Made by a program: the position numbers and the translations under genes
The notes under the pieces: model-generated
Seen by the model: only the letters and a program-made list of their open reading frames with translations
Databases searched by the model: none
What the model was told of the DNA's origin: nothing
Shown here: piece after piece, positions 1-15,900 of the stretch
How the letters are laid out: each line of letters starts with the position of its first letter
Position numbering within the stretch: position 1 is the first letter of the stretch
Assembly: GCA_964016885.1 (NCBI GenBank)
Contig: OZ024741.1
Location: forward strand, 391,406,001-391,470,000
Reading direction: 5' to 3'
Origin: Eledone cirrhosa
Taxonomy: Eukaryota
DNA: 64,000 nt

Positions 1-3000
1 GACAGAGCTACGATCGGACAGACCTATGATCGGATAGACCTATGATAAGACAGACCTATGATCGGACAAACCTATGATCGGACAGACCTATGATCGTACA
101 GACCTATGATAGGACAGACCTATGATCGGACAGACCTAGGATCGGACAGACCTATGATAGGACAGACCTATGATAGGACAGACCTATGATAGGACAGACC
201 TATGATCGGACAGACCTATGATCGGACAGAGCTATGATCGGACAGACCTATGATCGGACGGACGTATGATGGGACAGACCTACGATCGGACAGACCTATG
301 ATCTGACAGACCTATGATAGGACAGACCTACGATCGGACAGACCTACGATCGGACAGAACTATGATCGGACAGACCTACGATCAGAAAGAGCTACGATCG
401 GACAGACCTATGATCGGATAGAACCTCGATCGGACAGACCTATGATAGGACAGACCTACGATTGGACAGACCCATGATCGGACAGACCTACGATCGGACA
501 GAAGTATGATCGGACAGAACTACCATCGGACAGAACTATGATCGGACAGACCTATGATCGGACAGACCTATGATAGGACAGACCTATGATAGGACAGACC
601 TACGATCGGACAGAACTATTATCGGACAGACCTATGATAGGACAGAACTACGATCGGACAGACCTCTGATAGGACAAACCTATGATCGAACAGACCCATG
701 ATGGGACAGACCTATGATCGTACAGAACTATGATCGGACAGACCGATGATGGGACAGACCTATGATGGGACAGACATATGATCGAACAGACCTATGATCG
801 CACAGCCGTACGATCGGACACTCCTATGATAGGACAGGCCTATGATTGGACAGAACTATGACCGGACAGACCTACGATCGGACAGACCTACGACCGTAAA
901 GACCTATGATCGGACAGACCTATGATCGGACAGACGTACGATCGGGCAGACCTATGATCGGACAGACCTATGATCGGACAGACCTATAATCGGACATACC
1001 TACGATCGGACAGACCTATGATAGGACAGAACTATGATCGGACAGACCTACTATCGAACAGACCTATGATCGGACAGACCTATGATCGGACAGACCTATC
1101 ATCGGATAGACCTATGAGAGGACAGACCTAAGATCGGACAGACCTATGTTAGGACAATAGGACAGGCCTATGATCGGACAGACCTATGATCGGACAGAAC
1201 TATGATAGGACAGACCTACGATCGGACAGACCTACGACCGGACAGACCTATGATCGGTTAGACCTATGATAAGACAGACCTATGATCGGACAGACTTATG
1301 ATCGGACAGACCTATGATCGTACAGACCTATAATAGGACAGAACTATGATCGGACAGACCTACGATCGAAAAGACCTATGATGGGACAGACCTATGATGG
1401 GACAGACCTATGATGGGACAGACCTATGATCGGACAGACCTATGATGGGACAGACCTATGATCGGACAGACCTATGATCGGACAGACCTACGATCGGGCA
1501 AAACCTCGATCGGACAGACCTATGATGGGACAGACCTACGATCGGACTGACCAGTGATAGGACAGACCTATGATCGGACAGACCTATGATCGGACAGACG
1601 TATGATAGGACTGAACTATGATCGGACAGACCTATGATCGGACAGACCTATGAAAGGACAGAACTATGATCGGACAGAACTATGATCGGACAGACCTATG
1701 ATCGGACAGACCTATGATCGGACAGATCTATGATCGGACAGACCTGTGATCGGACAGACCTATGATAGGACAGACCTATGATGGGACAGACATATGATCG
1801 GACAGACCGATGATCGGACAGCCGTACGATCGGACAGACCTACGATCGGAAAGACCTATGATCGGACAGACCTATGATCGGACAGACCTATGATCGGACA
1901 GAGCTGCGAACGGACAGAACTATGATCGGACAGACCTATGATTGGACAGACCTATGATTGGACAGACCTACGATCGGACAGACCTATGATGGGACAGACC
2001 TATGATGGGACAGAACTACTATCGGACAGACCTATGGTCGGACAGACCTATAATAGGACAGACCTATGATCGGACACACCTACGATCGGACAGACCTATG
2101 ATCGGACAGACCTACGATCGGTCAGACCTATAATCGGACAGACCTATGATAGGACAAACTATGATCGGAGAGACCTATGATTAGACAGACCTATGATAGG
2201 AAAGAACTATGATCGGACAGACATATGATCGGACAGACCTACGATCGGACAGACCTATGATAGGACAGACCTATGATCCGCCAGACCTATGATCGAACAG
2301 ACCTACGATCGGAGAGACCTATGATGGGACAGAACTACGATCGGACAGACCTATGATCGGAGAGACCTATGATAGGACAGACCTATGATGGACAGACCTA
2401 CGATCGGACAAAACTATGATCGGACAGACCTATGATCGGACAGACCTATGATCGGACAGACCTATGATCGGATAGACCTATGATAAGACAGACCTATGAT
2501 CGGACAGACCTACGACCGGACAGAACTACGATCGGACAGAACTATGATCGGACAGACCTATGATAGGACAGACCTACGATCGGACAGACCTACGATCGGA
2601 CAGACCTATGAGCAGACAGAACTATGATCGGACAGACCTATGATGGGACAGACCTACGATCGGACAGACCTATGATGGGACAGACCTATGATGGGACAGA
2701 CCTACGATTGGACATACCTATAATCGGACAGACCTATGATTGGACAGACCTACGATCGGACAGACCTATGATCGGACAGACCTTTGATAGGACAGACCTA
2801 CGATCGGACAGAACTACGATCAGACAGACCTATGATCGGACGGAACTACGATCGGACAGACCTATGATCGGACAGACCTACGATCGGACAGACATATGAT
2901 CGGATAGAACTATGATCGGACAGACCTATGATAGGACAGACCTATGATAGGAGAGACCTATGATCGGACAGACCTATGATCGGACAGACCTATGGTCAGA

Positions 3001-4829
3001 CAGACCTATGATAGGACAGAGTTACGATCGGACAGACCTATGATAGGACAGACCTATGATCAGACAGACCTATGAGCGGACAGACCTATGATCAGACAGA
3101 CCTATGATAGGGCAGACCTACGATCGGACGGAACTATGATCAGACAGAACTACGATCGGACAGAACTATGATCGGACAGACCTATGATCGGACAGACCTA
3201 TGATCGGATAGAACTATGATCGGACAGACCTATGATAGGACAGACCTATGATAGGAGAGACCTACGATCGGACAGATCTATGATCGGACAGACCTATGAT
3301 AGGACAGACCTATGATAGGACAGACCTATGATCGTACAGACCTATGATAGGACAGACCTATGATAGGACTGAACTATGATCGGACAGACCTATGATCGGA
3401 CAGACCTATGAAAGGACAGAACTATGATCGGACAGAACTATGATCGGGCAGAACTATGATCGGGCAGACCTATGATAGGACAGACCTATGATAGGACAGA
3501 CCTATGATCGGACAGACCTATGATCGGACAGACCTATGATCGTACCGAACTATGATTGGTCAGATCTATGATCGGACAGACCTATGATCGGCAGACCTAT
3601 GATAGGACAGACCTATGATGGGACAGACCTATGATCGGACAGACCTATGATCGGACAGACCTATGATCGGACAGAGCTGCGAACGGACAGAACTAGTATC
3701 GGACAGACCTATGATAGGACAGACCTACTATTGGAAAGACCTATGATTGGACAGACCTATGATCGGACAGACCTATGATCGGACAGACCTATGATGGGAC
3801 AGACCTACGATCGGACAGACCTATGATCGGACAGACCTATGATGGGACAGACCTATGATGGGAGAGACCTATGATGGGACAGACCTATGATGGGACAGAC
3901 CTACGATCGGACAGACCTATGATGGGACAGACCTATGATGGGACAGACCTACTATCGGACAGACCTATGATCGGTCAGACCTAAGATAGGACAGACCTAT
4001 GATCGGACAGACCTATGATGGGACAGACCTATGATGGGACACACCTACGATCGGACAGACCTATGATCGGACAGACCTACGATCGGTCAGACCTATGATC
4101 GGACAGACCTATGATAGGACAAACTATGATCGGACAGACCTATGATTAGACAGACCTATGATAGGAAAGAACTATGATCGGAGAGACCTATGATAGAACA
4201 GAACTATGATCGGACAGACCTATGATCGGAAAGACCTACGATCGGACGGACCTATGATCGGACAGAGCTACGATCGGACAGACCTATGATCGGATAGACC
4301 TATGATAAGACAGACCTACGATCGGACAAAACTATAATCGGACAGACCTATGATCGGACAGACCTATGATCGGTCAGACCTATGATGGGACAGACCTATG
4401 ATGGGACAGACCTATGATCGTACAGAACTATGATCGGACAGACCTATGATGAGACAGACATATGATCGGACAGACCTATGATCGGAGAGAACTATGATTG
4501 TACAGAGCTATGATCGGACAGACCTATGATCGGACAGATCTACGATCGGACAGACCTATGATCGGACAGACCTATGATCGGACAGAACTATGATCGGACA
4601 GACCTATGATCGGACAGACCTATGATCGGACAGAACTACGATCGGACAGACCTATGATAGGACAGACCTATGATCGGACAGACCTATGATGGGACAGACC
4701 TATGATCGTACAGAACTATGATCGGACAGACCTATGATGAGACAGACATATGATCGGACAAACTATGATCGGAGAGACCTATGATTAGACAGACCTATGA
4801 TAGGAAAGAACTATGATCGGACAGACCTA

Positions 4830-7800
4830 TGATCCGCCAGACCTATGATCGAACAGACCTACGATCGGAGAGACCTATGATGGGACAGAACTACGATCGG
4901 ACAGACCTATGATCGGAGAGACCTATGATAGGACAGACCTATGATGGACAGACCTACGATCGGACAAAACTATGATCGGACAGACCTATGATCGGACAGA
5001 CCTATGATCGGACAGACCTATGATCGGATAGACCTATGATAAGACAGACCTATGATCGGACAGACCTACGACCGGACAGAACTACGATCGGACAGAACTA
5101 TGATCGGACAGACCTATGATAGGACAGACCTACGATCGGACAGACCTACGATCGGACAGACCTATGAGCAGACAGAACTATGATCGGACAGACCTATGAT
5201 GGGACAGACCTACGATCGGACAGACCTATGATGGGACAGACCTATGATGGGACAGACCTACGATTGGACATACCTATAATCGGACAGACCTATGATTGGA
5301 CAGACCTACGATCGGACAGACCTATGATCGGACAGACCTATGATCGGACAGACCTATGATCGGACAGAACTATGATCGGACAGACCTATGATAGGACAGA
5401 CCTATAATCGGACAGACCTATGATTGGACAGACCTACGATCGGACAGACCTATGATCGGACAGACCTTTGATAGGACAGACCTACGATCGGACAGAACTA
5501 CGATCGGACAGACCTATGATCGGACGGAACTACGATCGGACAGACCTATGATCGGACAGACCTACGATCGGACAGACATATGATCGGATAGAACTATGAT
5601 CGGACAGACCTATGATAGGACAGACCTATGATAGGAGAGACCTATGATCGGACAGACCTATGATCGGACAGACCTATGGTCAGACAGACCTATGATAGGA
5701 CAGAGCTACGATCGGACAGACCTATGATAGGACAGACCTATGATCAGACACACCTATGAGCGGACAGACCTATGATCAGACAGACCTATGATAGGGCAGA
5801 CCTACGATCGGACAGAACTATGATCAGACAGAACTACGATCGGACAGAACTATGATCGGACAGACCTATGATCGGACAGACCTATGATCGGATAGAACTA
5901 TGATCGGACAGACCTATGATAGGACAGACCTATGATAGGAGAGACCTACGATCGGACAGATCTATGATCGGACAGACCTATGATAGGACAGACCTATGAT
6001 AGGACAGACCTATGATCGGACAGACCTATGATAGGACAGACCTATGATAGGACTGAACTATGATCGGACAGACCTATGATCGGACAGACCTATGAAAGGA
6101 CAGAACTATGATCGGACAGAACTATGATCGGGCAGAACTATGATCGGGCAGACCTATGATAGGACAGACCTATGATAGGACAGACCTATGATCGGACAGA
6201 CCTATGATCGGACAGACCTATGATCGTACCGAACTATGATTGGTCAGATCTATGATCGGACAGACCTATGATCGGCAGACCTATGACAGGACAGACCTAT
6301 GATGGGACAGACCTATGATCGGACAGACCTATGATCGGACAGACCTATGATCGGACAGAGCTGCGAACGGACAGAACTAGTATCGGACAGACCTATGATA
6401 GGACAGACCTACTATTGGAAAGACCTATGATTGGACAGACCTATGATCGGACAGACCTATGATCGGACAGACCTATGATGGGACAGACCTACGATCGGAC
6501 AGACCTATGATCGGACAGACCTATGATGGGACAGACCTATGATGGGACAGACCTACGATCGGACAGACCTATGATGGGACAGACCTATGATGGGACAGAC
6601 CTACTATCGGACAGACCTATGATCGCTCAGACCTAAGATAGGACAGACCTATGATCGGACAGACCTATGATGGGACAGACCTATGATGGGACACACCTAC
6701 GATCGGACAGACCTATGATCGGACAGACCTACGATCGGTCAGACCTATGATCGGACAGACCTATGATAGGACAAACTATGATCGGACAGACCTATGATTA
6801 GACAGACCTATGATAGGAAAGAACTATGATCGGAGAGACCTATGATAGAACAGAACTATGATCGGACAGACCTATGATCGGAAAGACCTACGATCGGACG
6901 GACCTATGATCGGACAGAGCTACGATCGGACAGACCTATGATCGGATAGACCTATGATAAGACAGACCTATGATCGGACAGACCTATGATCGGACAGACC
7001 TATGATAGGACAGACCTATGATGGACAGACCTACGATCGGACAAAACTATGATCGGACAGACCTATGATCGGACAGACCTATGATCGGTCAGACCTATGA
7101 TGGGACAGACCTATGATGGGACAGACCTATGATCGTACAGAACTATGATCGGACAGACCTATGATGAGACAGACATATGATCGGACAGACCTATGATCGG
7201 AGAGAACTATGATTGTACAGAGCTATGATCGGACAGACCTATGATCGGACAGATCTACGATCGGACAGACCTATGATCGGACATACCTATGATCGGACAG
7301 AACTATGATCGGACAGACCTATGATCGGACAGACCTATGATCGGACAGAACTACGATCGGACAGACCTATGATAGGACAGACCTATGATCGGACAGACCT
7401 ATGATGGGACAGACCTATGATCGTACAGAACTATGATCGGACAGACCTATGATGAGACAGACATATGATCGGACAGACCTATGATCGGACAGCCGTACGA
7501 TCGGACAGACCTATGATCGGACAGACCTATGATGGGACAGTCCTACGATCGGAAAGACCTATGATAGGACAGAACTATGATCGGACAGACCTATGATCGG
7601 ACAGACCTATGATCGGACAGACCTATCATAGGACAGACCTATGATCGGACTGACCTATGATAGGACAGGCCTATGATCGGCAGACCTATGATCGGCCAGA
7701 CCTATGATCAGACAGACCTATGATCGAACAGACCTATGATAGGACAGACCTATGATCGGACAGACCTATGATCGGACAGACCTATGATGTGAGAGAACTA

Positions 7801-10800
7801 CGTTCAGACAAACCTATGATCGGAAAGACCTACCATCTGACGGTCCTATGATCGGACACAGCTACGATCGGACAGACCTATGATCGGATAGACCTATGAT
7901 AAGACAGACCTATCATCGGTCAGACCTATGATCGGACAGACCTATTATCGTACAGACCTATGATAGGACAAACCTATGATCGGACAGACCTACGATCGAA
8001 AAGAACTATGATGGGACAGACCTATGATAGGACAGACCTATGATAGGACAGACCGATGATAGGACAGACCTATGATCGGACAGACCTATGATCGGACAGA
8101 CCTATGATCGGACAGACCTACGATCGGACTGACCTGTGATCGGACAGACCTATGATGGGACAGACCTATGATCGGACAGACCTATGATAGGACAGAACTA
8201 CGATCGGACAGATCTATGATCGGACAGACCTATGATCGGACAGACCTATGATCGGACAGAACTACGATCAGACAGAACTACGATCGGACAGAACTACGAT
8301 CGGACAAACCTATGATCGGACAGACCTATGATGGAACAGACCTATGATCGTACAGAACTATGATCGAACAGACCTATGATCGGACAGACCTATGATGGGA
8401 CAGACATATGATCGGACAGACCTATAATCGGACAGCCGTACGATCGGACAGACCTATGATCGGACAGAACTATGATCGGACAGACCTACGATCGGACAGA
8501 CCTACGATCGGAGAGACCTATGATCGGACAGACCTATGATTGGACAGACCTATGATGGGACAGACCTACGATCGGACAGACCTACGATCGGACAGACCTA
8601 TGATAGGACAGAACTATGATCGGACAGACCTATGATCGGACAGACCTATGATCGGACAGAACTATGATCGGACAGACCTACGATCGGACAGACCTATGAT
8701 CGGACAGACCTATGATCAGAAAGAGCTACGATCGGACAGTCCTATGATCGGACAGTACAACGATCTGACAGACCTATTATCGGAAACACCTACGATCGGA
8801 CAGACATATGATCGGACAGACCTATGATAGGACAGACCTACGATCGGGCAGACCTACGATCGGACAGACCTATGATAGGTCAGACCTATGATCCGCCAGA
8901 CCTATGATCGAACAGACCTACGATCGGAGAGACCTATGATGGGACAGAACTACGATCGGACAGACCTATGATCGGAGAGACCTATGATAGGACAGACCTA
9001 TGATGGACAGACCTACGATCGGACAAAACTATGATCGGACAGACCTATGATCGGACAGACCTATGATCGGACAGACCTATGATCGGATAGACCTATGATA
9101 AGACAGACCTATGATCGGACAGACCTACGACCGGACAGAACTACGATCGGACAGAACTATGATCGGACAGACCTATGATAGGACAGACCTACGATCGGAC
9201 AGACCTACGATCGGACAGACCTATGAGCAGACAGAACTATGATCGGACAGACCTATAATGGGACAGACCTACGATCGGACAGACCTATGATGGGACAGAC
9301 CTATGATGGGACAGACCTACGATTGGACATACCTATAATCGGACAGACCTATGATTGGACAGACCTACGATCGGACAGACCTATGATCGGACAGACCTAT
9401 GATCGGACAGACCTATGATCGGACAGAACTATGATCGGACAGACCTATGATAGGACAGACCTATAATCGGACAGACCTATGATTGGACAGACCTACGATC
9501 GGACAGACCTATGATCGGACAGACCTTTGATAGGACAGACCTACGATCGGACAGAACTACGATCGGACAGACCTATGATCGGACGGAACTACGATCGGAC
9601 AGACCTATGATCGGACAGACCTACGATCGGACAGACATATGATCGGATAGAACTATGATCGGACAGACCTATGATAGGACAGACCTATGATAGGAGAGAC
9701 CTATGATCGGACAGACCTATGATCGGACAGACCTATGGTCAGACAGACCTATGATAGGACAGAGCTACGATCGGACAGACCTATGATAGGACAGACCTAT
9801 GATCAGACAGACCTATGAGCGGACAGACCTATGATCAGACAGACCTATGATAGGGCAGACCTACGATCGGACAGAACTATGATCAGACAGAACTACGATC
9901 GGACAGAACTATGATCGGACAGACCTATGATCGGACAGACCTATGATCGGATAGAACTATGATCGGACAGACCTATGATAGGACAGACCTATGATAGGAG
10001 AGACCTACGATCGGACAGATCTATGATCGGACAGACCTATGATAGGACAGACCTATGATAGGACAGACCTATGATCGGACAGACCTATGATAGGACAGAC
10101 CTATGATAGGACTGAACTATGATCGGACAGACCTATGATCGGACAGACCTATGAAAGGACAGAACTATGATCGGACAGAACTATGATCGGGCAGAACTAT
10201 GATCGGGCAGACCTATGATAGGACAGACCTATGATAGGACAGACCTATGATCGGACAGACCTATGATCGGACAGACCTATGATCGTACCGAACTATGATT
10301 GGTCAGATCTATGATCGGACAGACCTATGATCGGCAGACCTATGATAGGACAGACCTATGATGGGACAGACCTATGATCGGACAGACCTATGATCGGACA
10401 GACCTATGATCGGACAGAGCTGCGAACGGACAGAACTAGTATCGGACAGACCTATGATAGGACAGACCTACTATTGGAAAGACCTATGATTGGACAGACC
10501 TATGATCGGACAGACCTATGATCGGACAGACCTATGATGGGACAGACCTACGATCGGACAGACCTATGATCGGACAGACCTATGATGGGACAGACCTATG
10601 ATGGGAGAGACCTATGATGGGACAGACCTATGATGGGACAGACCTACGATCGGACAGACCTATGATGGGACAGACCTATGATGGGACAGACCTACTATCG
10701 GACAGACCTATGATCGGTCAGACCTAAGATAGGACAGACCTATGATCGGACAGACCTATGATGGGACAGACCTATGATGGGACACACCTACGATCGGACA

Positions 10801-12950
10801 GACCTATGATCGGACAGACCTACGATCGGTCAGACCTATGATCGGACAGACCTATGATAGGACAAACTATGATCGGACAGACCTATGATTAGACAGACCT
10901 ATGATAGGAAAGAACTATGATCGGAGAGACCTATGATAGAACAGAACTATGATCGGACAGACCTATGATCGGAAAGACCTACGATCGGACGGACCTATGA
11001 TCGGACAGAGCTACGATCGGACAGACCTATGATCGGATAGACCTATGATAAGACAGACCTATGATCGGACAGACCTATGATCGGACAGACCTATGATAGG
11101 ACAGACCTATGATGGACAGACCTACGATCGGACAAAACTATGATCGGACAGACCTATGATCGGACAGACCTATGATCGGTCAGACCTATGATGGGACAGA
11201 CCTATGATGGGACAGACCTATGATCGTACAGAACTATGATCGGACAGACCTATGATGAGACAGACATATGATCGGACAGACCTATGATCGGAGAGAACTA
11301 TGATTGTACAGACCTATGATCGGACAGATCTACGATCGGACAGACCTATGATCGGACAGACCTATGATCGGACAGAACTATGATCGGACAGACCTATGAT
11401 CGGACAGACCTATGATCGGACAGAACTACGATCGGACAGACCTATGATAGGACAGACCTATGATCGGACAGACCTATGATGGGACAGACCTATGATCGTA
11501 CAGAACTATGATCGGACAGACCTATGATGAGACAGACATATGATCGGACAGACCTATGATCGGACAGCCGTACGATCGGACAGACCTATGATCGGACAGA
11601 CCTATGATGGGACAGTCCTACGATCGGAAAGACCTATGATAGGACAGAACTATGATCGGACAGACCTATGATCGGACAGACCTATGATCGGACAGACCTA
11701 TCATAGGACAGACCTATGATCGGACTGACCTATGATAGGACAGGCCTATGATCGGCAGACCTATGATCGGCCAGACCTATGATCAGACAGACCTATGATC
11801 AGACAGACCTATGATAGGACAGACCTATGATCGGACAGACCTATGATCGGACAGACCTATGATGTGAGAGAACTACGTTCAGACAAACCTATGATCGGAA
11901 AGACCTACCATCTGACGGTCCTATGATCAGACACAGCTACGATCGGACAGACCTATGATCGGATAGACCTATGATAAGACAGACCTATCATCGGACAGAC
12001 CTATTATCGTACAGACCTATGATAGGACAAACCTATGATCGGACAGACCTACGATCGAAAAGAACTATGATGGGACAGACCTATGATAGGACAGACCTAT
12101 GATAGGACAGACCGATGATAGGACAGACCTATGATCGGACAGACCTATGATCGGACAGACCTATGATCGGACAGACCTACGATCGGACTGACCTGTGATC
12201 GGACAGACCTATGATGGGACAGACCTATGATCGGACAGACCTATGATAGGACAGAACTACGATCGGACAGATCTATGATCGGACAGACCTATGATCGGAC
12301 AGACCTATGATCGGACAGAACTACGATCAGACAGAACTACGATCGGACAGAACTACGATCGGACAAACCTATGATCGGACAGACCTATGATGGAACAGAC
12401 CTATGATCGTACAGAACTATGATCGAACAGACCTATGATCGGACAGACCTATGATGGGACAGACATATGATCGGACAGACCTATAATCGGACAGCCGTAC
12501 GATCGGACAGACCTATGATCGGACAGAACTATGATCGGACAGACCTACGATCGGACAGACCTACGATCGGAGAGACCTATGATCGGACAGACCTATGATT
12601 GGACAGACCTATGATGGGACAGACCTACGATCGGACAGACCTACGATCGGACAGACCTATGATAGGACAGAACTATGATCGGACAGACCTATGATCGGAC
12701 AGACCTATGATCGGACAGAACTATGATCGGACAGACCTACGATCGGACAGACCTATGATCGGACAGACCTATGATCAGAAAGAGCTACGATCGGACAGTC
12801 CTATGATCGGACAGTACAACGATCTGACAGACCTATTATCGGAAACACCTACGATCGGACAGACTTATGATCGGACAGACCTATGATAGGACAGACCTAC
12901 GATCGGGCAGACCTACGATCGGACAGACCTATGATAGGTCAGACCTATGA
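4830..12950. repeat. Higher-order tandem duplication (~4059 bp x2) inside the 16-bp satellite
   Basis: Rare variant markers recur at a constant 4059-bp offset: gatccgccag (4836/8895), gagctgcgaacgg (6360/10419), gacagtacaacgatctg (8751/12810). Confidence 0.9.
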
Positions 12951-15900
12951 TGGGACAGACCTATGATCCGACAGACCTATGATAGGACAGACCTATGATA
13001 GAACAGACCTACGATCGGACAGAACTATGATCGGACAGACCTATGATAGGACAGACCTATGATAAGACAGACCTATGATCGGATAGAACTATGATCGGAC
13101 AGCCCTAAGATCGGACAGAACTAGGGATCGGACAGACCTATGATCGGACAGACCTATGATCGGACAGAACTACGATCGGACAGAACTATGATCGGACAGA
13201 CCTATGATCGGACAGAACTACGATCTGACAGACCTATGATCGGACAGAACTACGATCGGACAGACCTGTGATGTGACAGACCTATGATCGGACAGACCTA
13301 TGGTCGGACAGAACTACGATCGGACAAAACTTCGATCAGACAGACCTATGATCGGACAGACCTATTATCCGACATACCTATGATAGGACAGACCTCCGAT
13401 CAGACAGACCTATGATAGGACAGACCTATGATAGGACACAACTATGATCGGACAGAGCTATGATCGGAGAGACCTAGGATCGGACAGACCTATGATCGGA
13501 CAGACCTACGATCGGACAGACCTACGATCGGAAAGACCTATGATCGGACAGACCTAGGATCGGACAGACGTACGATCGGACAGACCTATGATCGGACAGA
13601 CCTATGATCGGACAGACCTATGATGGGACAGCCCTACGATCGGACTGACCTATGATAGGACAGAACTATGATCGGACAGACCTACTATCGTACAGACCTA
13701 TGATGGGACAGACCTATGATCGTACAGAACTATGATCGGACAGACCTATGATGGGACAGACCTATGATGGGACAGACATATGATCAGACACACCTATGAT
13801 CGGCCAGACCTATGATAGGACAGACCTATGATCGAACAGAACTATGATCGGACAGACCTACGCTCGGACAGAACTACGATCGGAAAGACCTATGATCGGA
13901 CAGACCTATGAACGGAATGACCAACGATCGGACAGACCTATGATCGGAGAGACCTATGATCGGACAGAACTATGATGGGACAGACCTACGATCGGACAGA
14001 TCTATGATAGGACAGAACTATGATCGGACAGACCTACTATCGGACAGACCTATGATCGGACAGACATATGATTGGACAGACCTACGATCGGAGAGACCTA
14101 CGATCGGACAGACCTATTATAGGACAGACGTATGATCAGATAGAACTACGATCGGACAGAACTATGATCGGACAGACCTACGAGCGGACAGACCTATGAT
14201 GGGACAGACCTACGATCGTACAGACCTATGATCGGACAGACTAATGATCGGACAGACCTATAATCGGACACACCTACGATCGGACAGACCTATGATGGGA
14301 CAGAACTATGATCCGACAGACCTATGATCGGACAGACCTATGATCAGACAGACCTCTGATAGGACAGACCTATGATCGGACGGGACCTATGATCGGGAAG
14401 ACCTATGATGGGACAGAACTACGATCCGACAGACCTATGATCGGACAGACCTATGATCATACAGACCTATGATCGGACAGAGCTACGATCGGACAGACCT
14501 ATGATCAGATAGACCTAAGATAAGACAGACCTATGATCGGACAGACCTATGATCAGACAGAACTATGATCGGACCGACCTGTGATAGGACAGACCTATGA
14601 TCGGACAGACCTATGATCGGACAGAGCTAAGATAGGACTGAACTATAATCGGACAGACCTATGATCGGACAGACCTATGAAAGGACAGACCTATGATGGT
14701 ACAGAACTATGGTCGGACAGATCTATGATCGGACAGACCTATGATCGGACAGACCTATGATAGGACAGACCTATGATGGGACAGACATATGATCGGACAT
14801 ACCGATGATCGGAGTGCCGTACGATCGGACAGACCTACGATCGGACAGACCTATGATAGGACAAACTATGATCGGACAGACCTATGATAGGACAGACCTA
14901 TGATCGGACAAACCTATGATAGGACAGACCTACGATTGGAAAGACCTATGATTGGACAGACCTATGATCGGACAGACCTATGATGGGACAGACCTATGAT
15001 GGGACACACCTACGATCGGACAGACCTATGATCGGACAGACCTACGATCGGTCAGACCTATGATCGGACAGACCTATGATAGGACAAACTATGATCGGAG
15101 AGACCTATGATTAGACAGACCTATGATTAGACAGACCTATGATAAGAAAGAACTATGATCGGACAGACCTATGATCGGACAGACCTACGATTGGACAGAC
15201 CTATGATAGGACAGACCTATGATCCGCCAGACCTATGATCGAACAGACCTACGATCGGACAGACCTATGATGGGACAGAACTACGATCGGACAGACCTAT
15301 GATCGGAGAGACCTACGATCGGACGGACCTATGATCGGACAGAACTACGATCGGACAGACCTATGATCGGATAGACCTATGATAAGACAGACCTATGATC
15401 GGACAGACCTATGATCGGACAGACCTATGATAGGACAGACCTTTGATCGGACAGACCTATGATCGGATAGACCTATGATAAGACAGACCTATGATCGGAC
15501 AGACCTATGATAGGACAGAACTACGATCGGACAGAACTATGATCGGACAGACCTATGATAGGACAGACCTACGATCGGAAAGACCTACGATCGGACAGAC
15601 CTATGATCAGACAGAACTATGATCGGACAGACCTATGATGGGACAGACCTACGATCGGACGGACCTATGATGGGACAGACCTATGATGGGACAGACCTAC
15701 GATTGGACATGCCGATAATCGGACAGACCTATGATTGGACAGACCTACGATCGGACAGACCTATGAGCGGACAGACCTATGATCGGACAGACCTATGATA
15801 GGACAGAACTATGATCGGACAGACCTATGATAGGACAGACCTATAATCGGACATACCTATGATCGGACAGACCTATGATAGGACAGACCTACGATCGGAC

